Shown: positions 49,285-60,447 of the stretch, piece by piece
Layout of the letters: every line of letters begins with the position of its first letter
Position numbering within the stretch: position 1 is the first letter of the stretch
Assembly (NCBI GenBank): GCA_030264375.1
Contig: JASCQW010000119.1
Location: 47,720,636 to 47,783,222 of the forward strand
DNA from: Carcharhinus longimanus
Lineage: Eukaryota
Direction: 5' to 3'
DNA length: 62,587 nucleotides
Notes under the pieces: model-generated
Databases searched by the model: none
Told to the model about the DNA's origin: nothing
What the model saw: the letters and a program-made list of their open reading frames with translations, nothing else
Translations under genes and position numbers: made by a program

Positions 49285-51408
49285 AAAGAGATGGTGGGAA
49301 AAATAGCAAATGCAGTAGTGGTAATTTACCAAATTTCGTTGGACTCGGGGGTGGTTCCTGCAGATTGAAAAACAGCAAATGTGATGCCATTGTTTAAAAG
49401 AGGAGGTAGACAAAAGGCAGGTAACTATAGGCCAATTAGCTTAACTTCTGCAGTAGGGAACATGCTTGAATCTGTCATCAAGGAAGAAATAGCGAGACAT
49501 CTGGACATAAATTATCCCATTGGTCAGATGCAGCATGGGTCATGAAGGGAAGGTCATGTTTGATTAATTTGGTGGAATTATTTGAGAACATTACATGTGC
49601 AGTGGACAATGGGGAATCTGTGGGTGTGGTGTATCTGGATTTCCAGAAGGCATTTGCCAAGGTGTCATGCCAAACGCTGCTACATAAGGTAAAGTTGTAC
49701 AGAGTAATGGGTAATATATTAGCATGGATAGAGGATTAGTTAACTAACAGAAAGCAAAGAGTAGGGGTAAATGTGTGTTTTTCTGGTTGCAATGAGTGAC
49801 TACTGGTGTGCCTGAGGGATCAGTGTTGGGACCACAATTGTTTGCTATTTAAAAAGATGATTTGGAAATGGGGACTAAATGTAGTCTGTCAAAAGTCGCA
49901 GATGATAATAAGATAAGTGGCAGGGCAAAGTGTGCAGGGGACATTGAAAGTCTGCAAAGGGACATCGGTAGTCTAAGTGAGTAGGTAAGAGTCTAGCAGA
50001 TGGAGTACAATTTTGGTAAATCTGAGGTCATCCATTGTCGTCGGAATAACTGCAAAAGGGCCTATTATTTAAATGTAAAAAATTGCAGCATGCTGCTGCA
50101 GAGGGACCTGGGTGTCCTTGTGCAAGAGTTGGTTTTCAGGTGCAGCAGTTAATTAAGAAGGCAAATGGAATGTTGTCCTTCATTGCTAGAGGTGTGGAGT
50201 TTAAAAACAGTGGGGTTGTGTTGCAGTTGTATAAGGTGCTGGCCATATCTGGAGTACTGTGTACAGTGTCGTTCTCCTTACTTGAGAAAGGATATACTGG
50301 CACTGGAGGGGATGCAGAGGAGATTCACTAGGTTGATTGTGGAGTTGAGAGGGTTGGCTTATGAGGAGAGACTGACTAGAACGGAGCTATACTCATTGGA
50401 ATTTAGAAGAATGAGGGGAGATCTTATAGAAACATATAAGATTATGAAGGAAATGGATAAGATTGAANNNNNNNNNNNNNNNNNNNNNNNNNNNNNNNNN
50501 NNNNNNNNNNNNNNNNNNNNNNNNNNNNNNNNNNNNNNNNNNNNNNNNNNNNNNNNNNNNNNNNNNNNNNNNNNNNNNNNNNNNNNNNNNNNNNNNNNNN
50601 NNNNNNNNNNNNNNNNNNNNNNNNNNNNNNNNNNNNNNNNNNNNNNNNNNNNNNNNNNNNNNNNNNNNNNNNNNNNNNNNNNNNNNNNNNNNNNNNNNNN
50701 NNNNNNNNNNNNNNNNNNNNNNNNNNNNNNNNNNNNNNNNNNNNNNNNNNNNNNNNNNNNNNNNNNNNNNNNNNNNNNNNNNNNNNNNNNNNNNNNNNNN
50801 NNNNNNNNNNNNNNNNNNNNNNNNNNNNNNNNNNNNNNNNNNNNNNNNNNNNNNNNNNNNNNNNNNNNNNNNNNNNNNNNNNNNNNNNNNNNNNNNNNNN
50901 NNNNNNNNNNNNNNNNNNNNNNNNNNNNNNNNNNNNNNNNNNNNNNNNNNNNNNNNNNNNNNNNNNNNNNNNNNNNNNNNNNNNNNNNNNNNNNNNNNNN
51001 NNNNNNNNNNNNNNNNNNNNNNNNNNNNNNNNNNNNNNNNNNNNNNNNNNNNNNNNNNNNNNNNNNNNNNNNNNNNNNNNNNNNNNNNNNNNNNNNNNNN
51101 NNNNNNNNNNNNNNNNNNNNNNNNNNNNNNNNNNNNNNNNNNNNNNNNNNNNNNNNNNNNNNNNNNNNNNNNNNNNNNNNNNNNNNNNNNNNNNNNNNNN
51201 NNNNNNNNNNNNNNNNNNNNNNNNNNNNNNNNNNNNNNNNNNNNNNNNNNNNNNNNNNNNNNNNNNNNNNNNNNNNNNNNNNNNNNNNNNNNNNNNNNNN
51301 NNNNNNNNNNNNNNNNNNNNNNNNNNNNNNNNNNNNNTGAATGGCGGGGCAGGCTCGAAGGGCCAGATGGCCTACTCCTGCTCCTATTTCTTATGTTCTT
51401 ATGTTCTT
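49285..51408 (+). mobile_element. Relatively well-preserved 5'-truncated CR1/HER1 LINE (RT domain to tail), with gap 50468-51337
   Basis: GNYRPISLTS, KGRSCLINL, YLDFQKAF, GVPEGSVLGP, VADD, LEYCVQ and RGDLIETYKI motifs with stops and frameshifts; ends in TTATGTTC repeats. Confidence 0.93.
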
Positions 51409-51459
51409 AACTGTAGATGATGCCACAACTGCAGTTTTATCTCCTTCCTTCCCATTGTT

Positions 51460-52105
51460 CAGAGCCCCAAACACTCCCAAATCAAGCAGCACTTGTCTAC
51501 TTTCAATTTAGTGTATAATGTTGCTATTGCTATTCACAATGTGGTCTCTACATTGGGAAGATGAGGCAAACTGGGTGACTGCTTTGCATTCTGATTCAGT
51601 TGTCAGTAGCATTTCTGACTTTCAGTTGCCTGCCATTTTCATCCTTCATCCCACTCCTGCCTTTGCTGTCTGCAGTGTTCCATGTGAAGTCCAACGCAAG
51701 CTGAGGGTACAGCACCTCACCTTTTTGAATGGACACTTAGTCTTCGAGACTCCATGTTGATCTCAACAATTTGAGATCACAACTTGTACCCTCCTGTTGA
51801 TTTCTTCTTTACTTTGTTTTGTCTTTCCCTTTTTTGCTTTTAGGTGACAGTGATTATGATTCACACTTCTTCTTGATGTGTCTCTTATTCCATGATTACT
51901 TCCCTTTTGTCATTTTAATTTCCTTTACTCTCCAGCCTATCACAGCCCTTCGCTTTTGATCTTTTTTTCCATCCTCTGACTCCTCACTTGCTCAAAAAGT
52001 ATTATATTTCTATTGTTCGAGTTCAGATCTGAAACATGAATATTTCTCTCTCCACAGATGATATCAGACTTGTTGCATATTTTCAGCGCCATCTTGTTTT
52101 TGTTC
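51460..52105 (+). mobile_element. Penelope-like element 3' fragment (GIY-YIG remnant plus terminal repeat)
   Basis: CTCTACATTGGG (LYIG) and QRKLRVQHLTF remnants, followed by the terminal repeat CTCTCTCCACAGATG. Confidence 0.65.
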
Positions 52106-52572
52106 CAGAATAAACTTAACTGTCCCTTTCGCTTATATGAAAAGCACATGGGCCTTCCAGAATCTCATTTTGAAATAAATCTCTTTGCTTGTCGAATACC
52201 CAAAATAATTTTCAACTGTTAAAACTGCACTGCTAAAGCAGCATACTTCCAATCCGTTGCTGCAGAAAATAAAAATCTATTCACATTTCAGTTCCCCTTT
52301 ATCTCCTAGATGAAGGAGATCATCTCGTAAGAATCCTGGGCAGTCATATTTTGTTCGCATCACAAATTGTTGGTATAAATTGAGCATTTGCAGTTGCATT
52401 GTTTTGTTATCAAGACAGCTATAAATGAGACCAGCAATGAGGCAGTTAACTGTTGATCCAAAAAATGATTGCTTAATTCATGATGTCCAAGCAGGCATCT
52501 TTGTGGACCACATAGCTGCATATTACATAGCCTTGGGAGTCAGGCTAAAATGTTTCAATCTATGGTTTTGTT

Positions 52573-52647
52573 ACATAAGAACATAAGAAATAGGAGCAGG
52601 AGTAGGCCATCTAGCCCTTCAAGCCTGCCCCGCCATTCAATAAGATC
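52573..52647 (-). mobile_element. Young CR1 3' tail running into a gap
   Basis: Reverse complement of the 26921-26990 copy. Confidence 0.85.
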
Positions 52648-52829
52648 NNNNNNNNNNNNNNNNNNNNNNNNNNNNNNNNNNNNNNNNNNNNNNNNNNNNN
52701 NNNNNNNNNNNNNNNNNNNNNNNNNNNNNNNNNNNNNNNNNNNNNNNGCCTGCTGCAGTTTTTTGCCACGTAAGTAATAATCCTTCCTACCATTATTCCT
52801 ACCAAAGTTACCTTGCATGTGCACTCATT

Positions 52830-53003
52830 GAAGTTTATTTATTCGTGTCACAAATAGGCTTACATTAGCACTGCAATGAAGTCAGTGTGAAAATCCCCTA
52901 GCTGCCACACTTCAGTGCCTGTTGAGGTACATTGAGGGAGAATTTAGCATGGCCAATGCGTACCTAACCTGCATGCCTTTCATACTATGGGAGGAAACCG
53001 GAG
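52830..53003 (-). mobile_element. V-SINE 3' part
   Basis: Homologous to 20227-20400. Confidence 0.85.
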
Positions 53004-53584
53004 NNNNNNNNNNTATAGCACAAGCACTTATTCTGAAATAAAGCCTTGTGCAAGTCTCTCGGCGCTCAAATTTAAATCTGACAAAACCAGCAAACATGAA
53101 ATGTAATTTTGCACAGGTGGAAGTTTTGTGGGCTTTGTACTTAAATAGCCAGGTCTTGGGTTGCACGTGATCCTTGACTGATTGGACATCCATCCTTTGT
53201 GTGCAGTGAGAAATTATTAATGCTTTTTGTTGGATTGATGCAACAGCAAAGTGTATTCATTTAGTCATGTTCTTATTAGGCTTGTTTTCCTCCTTTTAAT
53301 CAGAACTTTGATCTGGAAAATGCAGTAAAATCTGGATGCACAAATACTTGAACCAAGTTTTGAATTTGCATACCACTGTTAAAGCCAATTATGTCACCGT
53401 AGGATCAACATTACATTTAATGTAAACAATAGACCTGGAATTACTTCCTGCCTGGCCCAATATAGTGAAATGACTAACTGTGGAAGCACATCTGCCACTC
53501 TACCCTTGACTCAAACTTGCGCTACCATCCATGTGCAAGCTACAGAACGAATGCAGCTTGGAGATATGACATTACTGTAGAGCT

Positions 53585-53985
53585 GTGGCTTACTTCACTC
53601 GGTGGTTGCATGTTGCCTCTGAGGCCAAAAGATAGTGGGTTCAAAACCTATACCAGAGCGCTTGCGTCTACAACATAGCTGACTTATTCATGCGATAATG
53701 AGGAAGTGCTGAATAAAATGTTAAATCAAGGCCTCATGTACTCTTAATGTAACAAAACCTGTAGTGCTATTCCAAAAAAAGCTTCGTGTCCTGGTTAGCA
53801 TTCATCCCTTAACAGCATCATAATGCTTTATCTGTTCATTTATTACATTGCTGTTTGTGGATTTTGGCTTGTGTAAACTGGTGTCAGTGTTTTCCAACTT
53901 TACAACTGTAAACATGTTTAAAAATGACTTGGTTGCCTTTGTAGCATTGTTACATTGAAATTGTGAAAGGTATAATTGTAAATCA
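53585..53985 (+). mobile_element. Old DeuSINE (SacSINE1-like)
   Basis: tRNA head (GCCTCTGAG...GTGGGTTCAAA), Deu-like GTGTCCTGG..ATTCATCCCT and TTACATTGCTGTTTGTGG, L2-type tail GTGAAAGG. Confidence 0.65.
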
Positions 53986-54040
53986 AACTATTTCCTGAAC
54001 TTAATAAGTTTGTACCTAAACTCTCTGTCTTACTTAACAG

Positions 54041-54158
54041 CCTGTGAAACAGCAGCCAAAAAAGAAGATTGGAGTTCCAGTTATGATGAGCAAATCCATT
54101 CCAAGGGTTGTATTGACACCACTGAAAGTAAATGGAGAACATGTGGAGTCTGCTTCAG
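54041..54158 (+). CDS. ASXL1: ASXL1 exon 7 (118 nt, phase 0 to 1): [39 protein letters not shown](G)
   Basis: ttaacag|CCTGTG...TTCAG|gtaaaa. [19 protein letters not shown] is diagnostic for ASXL1. Confidence 0.95.
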
Positions 54159-54726
54159 GTAAAATGTGGGAAGCTTAGTTTGAATCTGCATCCTCTCCCT
54201 ATGTAATCCTTATTTTTGTAGCTTCTTTGAAGCCTTTTTGCATGGCAGGTTTCCATTGAAAAGGTGTTAAGTTTCAGAATGAAGCGAGCAAAAATGGAGC
54301 ATGGAAATAGTGGTGAGGAACCAGTGCTACAAGAACAAATATCAGGAGCTATAGCGTTTTAACTAACGAGCTGGAGTTTATAATTGAATACAAGTATTTT
54401 GGGTAATCTGAAGCAAATGGTCCAGAAAAGATTGGGGGGTGGGGGAGGTGGGTGGAATTGGCATAATTTGTTTACAAGCAGAGCGTTATTGGAACATGGA
54501 GTGCTTTGTCAACTGTAACTGTTAAGCGGGTACTTTCTAACATTAATTAAAAAGGAAATAGAGTAGGTGTTTGAATTGGAACAATATTAAAAAACAAAAT
54601 AATGTGAAATGTAATTATATAAACAACAGGACATTTAATTGAGTAAACAACTACAGCTACAGACATTGCATCAGCACAGGCATTTGAGACTGAAAGTCAT
54701 CTGTACCCTAATTGGGTTCCAAGAAT

Positions 54727-55090
54727 TGTTATAATCAAGGTCAGAAATGCCAAAGTGTTTTATGAGGTCAGCTTGGACCATAAGCTTTGCACTTTGAATT
54801 TGGCGCAGTTAAGCATAAGATGTTTCATTGCAGGCTGATTTAAATGACCCACTAGGGAGCTTTTATCAAACCAAGTTTAATGAAGAATATAATTGACACA
54901 TAGAAAATTAGCAACAACTTTTACCAATTACAAGCAAGAAAAAAGAATGATATTGTATAAACGTTAATAAATAAATGCACTGTTTCAACCAAACCAACCT
55001 CCTTATCAACAGACGCCCACCTCAAGTTTAGCATAGAAAATGCTCACATGATGTTGGGCCTTAGTCCTTTGGTTGGAGAATTGAAACTCT
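54727..55090. mobile_element. Diverged partial copy of the 15030 LTR family
   Basis: Shares TGTTA...CCAAAGT...TTCATT.CAG..CTGATTT...CTTTTATCAAA.CAA in the same order as 15030-15185. Confidence 0.55.
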
Positions 55091-55610
55091 GGCAAGGGAG
55101 GAAATACAGTGAAAAGTCTGACAACACCAGGGTTAAGTCCAACCAATTTATTTGATAGTAAACTCACTAGCTTTCGGGTTTGTCCCTTTGTCGGGTGAAT
55201 TGTCCCCCTCAGGGACGTTGATAGTCAGGGATTCAGCAATGGCGATGCCATTGTACATCAAGGGGACATGATTAGATTCCCTTTTGTTGGAAATGGTCAT
55301 CGTCTGACACTGGGACTGGAGCCACCTGAGGCCGGACCAGATAAGGTTGGCAGATTTCTTTCCCTGAAGGACATTAGTGAACTTGGTAGGATTTTCATGG
55401 AAACCTGGTGACTTCATGGGGCAGGATTCTTCGATCTCATCTGTGGCTGGACCCATTGCGCATGAGAATGGAAAATTCAGCATTCCAGCCCAAGTTCCAC
55501 TCACTATCAGCAGCACCGGAGAATCCCAGCCGCGAACGAGGACGATACGTTATGGCATTGGCCACCATTACTGTCACTAACATTTCATTCCTTATTTACT
55601 TAATTACTCG

Positions 55611-55785
55611 TAGGTTGGTTTAGCTCAGTTGGCTGGATAGGCTGGTTAGTGACACAGAGTGACAAGAACACCGTAGGCTCAATTCCCGTATGGGCTGACG
55701 TTATTCATGAAGGCCTCTCAACCCTCATGAAGGCCTTCTCAACCTTGCCTCACACCTGTGGTGTTGTGACCCTTGCCACACCTGA
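55611..55785 (+). mobile_element. tRNA-derived SINE head (family of the 5210 copy)
   Basis: TTTAGCTCAGTTGGCTGGA...GGCTCAATTCCC. Confidence 0.6.
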
Positions 55786-56118
55786 GGGCGGCACAGTGGC
55801 ACGGTGGTTGGCACTGCTGCCTCACAGCGCCAGGGACCCGGGTTCAATTCCAACCTCGGGTCACTGTTTGTGTGGAGTTTGCTCATTCTCCCTGTGTCTG
55901 CATGGGTTTCCTCTGGGTGCTCCGGTTTCCTTCCACAGTCCAAAGATGTGCAGTTTAGGTGGATTGGTTGTGCTAAATTGCCCCTTAGTGTCAGGGAGAC
56001 TAGCTAGGGGAAATCATGGGTTTATGGGAATAGGGCCTGGGTGGGATTGTTGTCGGTGCAGGCTTGATGGGCTGAATGGCCTTCTTCTGCACTGTAGGGG
56101 TTCTATGAAATTCTATGA
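55786..56118 (+). mobile_element. Full-length HE1 SINE with HER1-type tail
   Basis: GGGCGGCACAGTGGCACGGTGGTTGGCACTGCTGCCTCACAGCGCCAGGGACCCGGGTTCAATTCC...GATGGGCTGAATGGCCTTCTTCTGCACTGTAGGGGTTCTATGA. Confidence 0.92.
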
Positions 56119-56690
56119 AACAGAATTACCCATTGGCCTTGGGTGAGATTTATGAACCTTGCTTGAACAAGGTTGTAAAATACTGGCCAAAATCTCACTG
56201 GATTTGGAAGTGAGGGAAAACTTGGACTGGATAGAGAAAGTTAGATTAACAAAGTTGCTGTGGGGGGAGAAATATATAATTTTCAAATGGCAAAGAACCC
56301 CAACCAGTACTCTAACATCTAAATAGTGCGCTTTATAGCACCTCAGTTCGGCCACACTTGGAATATAGTGTTCAATTCTAGTTGCCACACTACCAAAAAG
56401 ATGTGGAGGTTTTGGAAAGGGTGTAGAAAAGATTTACCAGGATGCTGCCTGGTATGGAAGACATTAGCTATGAGGAGAGGTTGGAGAAACTTGTTTTTTT
56501 TTCANNNNNNNNNNNNNNNNNNNNNNNNNNNNNNNNNNNNNNNNNNNNNNNNNNNNNNNNNNNNNNNNNNNNNNNNNNNNNNNNNNNNNNNNNNNNNNNN
56601 NNNNTTCTGGCCTCAGACAGAGCATATAAAGCACAGACAGTTTACAGATTACTGATTAGAATGCGAATCTTTACACCTAACTTACTCTCC

Positions 56691-56729
56691 ATTTACCTGA
56701 CGAAGGGACAAACCCGAAAGCTAGTGAGT
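56691..56729 (+). ncRNA. Minimal type I hammerhead ribozyme motif in a Penelope terminal repeat
   Basis: AUUUAC-CUGACGA-A-GGG-ACAAA-CCC-GAAA-GC-UA-GUGAGU: 6-bp stem I (two GU pairs), intact core, 3-bp stem II and palindromic AGCU stem III. Confidence 0.7.
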
Positions 56730-57099
56730 TTACTATCAAATAAATCGGTTGGACTTAAACCTGTTGTTGTCAGACTTTTCACTGTGTTTACCCCAGTCCA
56801 ACGCCGGCATATCCACATCAAGGGAGGAAATGGCAGCAGCCCTAGCAATTATTTTAAATTCCTCTGTGGCCACAGGAGAAGTCCAGTAAGAAGTCTGACA
56901 ACACCAGGTTAAAGTCCAGCGGGTTTATTTGTTAGCAAACGCCACTAGCTTTTGGGGCTCTGCCCCTTCAGGTCACCTGACAAAGCGACAGAGCCCCGAC
57001 AGCTAGTGGTGTTTACTACCAAATAAACCTGTTGGACTTTAATGTGGTGTTGTGAGACTTCTTACTGTATCCCAGTCCAATGCTGGCATCTCCACATCA

Positions 57100-58200
57100 C
57101 AGGAGAAGTGCTAGAGGACAGACAATGTAGGACAATTATTCAAGAAGGTAGGTGGGGATTAACCAGGCCAGTCAGTCTAACCTTAGTTATGCAGCTACTA
57201 TTGGAAGCAATTTTGAGACAATTAATCTGCAATTGGAAAGGCTGGGATTAATCGAAAACAGTATGGCTTTGTTAAAGGGAGGTCATTCCTGACCACCTTG
57301 ATCGAATTTTTTGAAGAGGTGATCAGATGTGTAGATGAGGGCAGTGCATGTGATGTAGGCTTTTGACAGGGTCCCACATGGGAGACTGATGAAGGTAAGA
57401 GTCCATTGGATCTGAGGAAATTTGGCAAATTGGCTGAGTAGCAGGAATTAGAGGGGGGTGATTGAGGGATTTTTTTTCTGACAGGAAGCCTGTGTCCAGT
57501 GGGCTCCTGCAGAGATCAGTGTGGGGCCCTTGCTGTTTGTGGTTTGTATAAATGATTTGGACTTGACTGGGAGAATTGATCAGTAAGTTCGTGGATGATA
57601 CAAAAACTGGTAGGTGGTAAATAGTGAGGAAGATGTTTCAACATTACGAAAAAATATAGATGAGCTGGTCAGATTGACTGATCAGAAGCAAATGGAAATC
57701 AATCTGAATAAGTATGCACTTGGGCAAGACAAGGGACTAAATGATGAACAACAGGAGCCTGGGAAGCACTGAGGATCAGAGAGATCCTGCTGTGCATGTA
57801 CCCCAGTAACTTCAGGTAGCAATAATTTGGTGGATAAAGTGGTTAAGAAGGAAAAATGGTATACTTTGTTAGCTGAGGCATAAAGTTTAAAGACAGAGGT
57901 TATGCTGCAACTAAATGAGATGTTGGTTATGCCATAGTGAGGATATTAGGTGCGGATCTGGAATCCACCTTTATAGGAGGGTTGTGATAACACTGGAAAG
58001 GGTGCAGAGGAGACATACCAGGTTGTTGCCTGGGCTCAAGACTTTACATGGAGAGATTGGTTAGACTGGCGTTAATTTCTTTGGAGTAGAGCAGACTGGG
58101 ACGCTCCCACTTGGGTGCACACTGACTCACCAGAAAATGGATGGTTGCTTTTGAACGGTGCAGACGTGGTGAGCCAAAGGGCTTTTTCTATGACTATATG
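57100..58200 (+). mobile_element. Degenerate CR1 RT fragment (another small piece at 56330-56504)
   Basis: RPVSLT, GFVKGRS, FVDDTK and LERVQRR remnants. Confidence 0.85.
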
Positions 58201-58244
58201 ATGTGCAAGGCTTTCCAATCATCATCCTGTTAGTTGTTTAATCA

Positions 58245-59340
58245 TCGACATTGGCTTAACTCTGTCCATTGCATGTTGCTTCTGCTGTTTGGGATGGAAA
58301 TAGTTCTGTGTTGCAATTTCACCAGGTTGACATCTTGTGCTGCTTCCGGCATGCCCTCCTGCACTCGTCAGTGAACCAGAATTGGTCTCCTGGTCTGATG
58401 GTAATTATAGAGTGGGGGAATATGCTGTGTCATGAAATTACCAATTGTGGTTGCATGCAACTCTGATGACCACCGCACCTCATGGATGCCTGGTTTTCAG
58501 GTTCTAGATTGCTTGAAATTTATCCCATTTAGTGTGGTGGTGTGCCACACGACATGAAGCATATCCTCAATGCGATGGGACTCTGTCTCCGNNNNNNNNN
58601 NNNNNTGCGCAGTGGCACAGACAGATACCTCTGAGAGGTAGATTGATGAGGATGAGATCAAGTGGAATTTTTCCACTTGGTGCTGACGCAGCTTGGCAGC
58701 CAAGTCTTTTAGGGCTCTTACCAAGCCACTCTTGGTGATGGGCATTGAAGTCCCTCACCCACAGTTCATTCTGTCCGCTTGCTCAGTTCTTCTTCCAATT
58801 GGTGATCATCATGGAGGATACTGATTTTTAAGCTGAGGGAAGGAGGATTGTAGATGGTGACCATGAGCTTCCTTGCCCATGTTTGGCCTGATCTATAAGA
58901 CTTTGTGTGATCTAGAGTCAATGTTGGGTCTCCCAGATCAACTTCATCGCAACTGTATACTGTGGTCCAGCAACCTCTGGTATCAGTGGGACAGGACATA
59001 CCCAGGGATGGTGATGTTAATAATGGCATATTGTCTATCAGGCTGTTCTTCAACTAGTCTTCGACTCCCCCTTAAAAGAGGCCAGATATTAATAAGGAGG
59101 ACTTTGCAGTGTTTGCTGTGATTTCTGGTGCCGAGTATCCAGCATCAATGGTCTGTTTTCTTTCCTTGTAAGACTTTGTAGCACCTCAATGCAACTCCAT
59201 GTCTTGCTGGACCATTTCAGAAGGCATTTATAAGTTAACCACTTGGCTATGGACCTGGAATCACGTATAGGTCAGAGATCGCAGATTTCCTTTTCTAAAG
59301 AATATTAGTGAACCAAATGGATTTTTATTACAATTGTTAC
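58245..59340 (-). mobile_element. Degenerate LINE with an endonuclease remnant
   Basis: Minus-strand DFNAHHQEWLG and LDLILINLP are APE-domain motifs. Confidence 0.7.
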
Positions 59341-59486
59341 TGTTACCGATTTATTATCTTTTATTTCCAGACTCGTGAAAAAAAACACATCAATTAGAAT
59401 TGTGTGAACTATGNNNNNNNNNNNNNNNNNNNNNNNNNNNNNNNNNNNNNNNNNNNNNNNNNNNNNNNNNNNNNNNNNNNNNNNNN

Positions 59487-59842
59487 GCTGAAAAATCTCA
59501 GCAGGCCTCAGCATCTGTGGGGAGAAAATAGAGCCAACGTTTCGAGTCTAGATGACCGTTCGTCAGAACTGAACAAAGAGAATCAGCAGAGATTCATACT
59601 TTGAGGGTGGAGGAATGGGGAAATGGGGACAGAGGGATAGCACCATTTCAGCCTTCTGTATCCTCATTTACATTACCTTTCTCCCATTCTATCCCGTGTG
59701 CCCCCATCCTCGTGATATAAATCTGATTCTGTTTCCCCTCATCTCTGATGAAGAGTCACCTAGACTCGAAACGTTTGCTCTATTCCCTCCCCACAGATGT
59801 TGTAAAGTCTGCTGAGATTTTCCAGAATTTTCTGTTTTTGTC
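59487..59842. mobile_element. Penelope fold-back element with two inverted terminal repeats, each carrying a hammerhead-like core
   Basis: CTGATGAAGAGTCACCTAGACTCGAAACGTT at 59745-59775 and a reverse-complement copy at 59536-59566. Confidence 0.75.
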
Positions 59843-60189
59843 CCCAGGTTGCTGGATTGCTAACATTATCACTGCACTACTTCCTCCCCCAATAATTTGA
59901 AGTGTTTCAGAAATTTTACACTCCTAGACAATTATTAAGGCTGCAAAATTCTAATTCAGAGGTCTGTTTGAAGAGTGAATCATTCTATGGCCAATCTGCA
60001 AACTTGGAAATGGCAATAAAAATGATAAATACAAACCACTACTAAAAGATGGAAAAGAAACAAGATCACTCCCAAGTTTGCTGGTTTGTCAAAAATCTAA
60101 GGATTTGTGGTGTATAAGTATTTCCTGGTACTTTGATTGGAGCTGTGACCCTTCAAAATTTGCAGTTCTGATTAAAAGTTTACTGCCAC

Positions 60190-60447
60190 AAGAGGATACA
60201 GGTTTAAGGTGTTGGGAAGTACAGAGGAGATGTCAGGGGTAAATCTTTGACTCAGAGGGTGGTGGGTGAGTGGAATCGGCTGCCGTCGGTGGTGGTGGAG
60301 GCAAATTCGTTAGGGTCTTTTAAGAGACTTCTGGATGAGTACATGGCACTTAATAGGATTGAGGGTTATAGGTAAGCCTAGTGGGTAGAGATAAGATCAG
60401 TGCAACTTGTGGGTCAAAGGGCCTGTTTGTGCTGTAGTTTTTCTATG
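60190..60447 (+). mobile_element. CR1 3' fragment
   Basis: TRGYRFKV...TQRVVGEWNRLP plus tail. Confidence 0.85.

Larger units (their letters stand above)
55106..57098. mobile_element. Penelope terminal repeats in inverted arrangement (55106-55200 minus, 56690-56820 plus, fold-back 56885-57098) enclosing SINE and LINE insertions
   Basis: AAGTCTGACAACACCAGG...TTTATTTG...CACTAGCTTT and its reverse complement each occur twice. Confidence 0.75.

Noticed and set aside
50165-51410. 391-aa and 315-aa ORFs
   Set aside because: Mostly N gap; the real part is a CR1 ORF2 remnant.
22500-60447. Apparent excess of sense-oriented CR1 fragments
   Set aside because: Several antisense copies exist and the numbers are too small to claim a bias.
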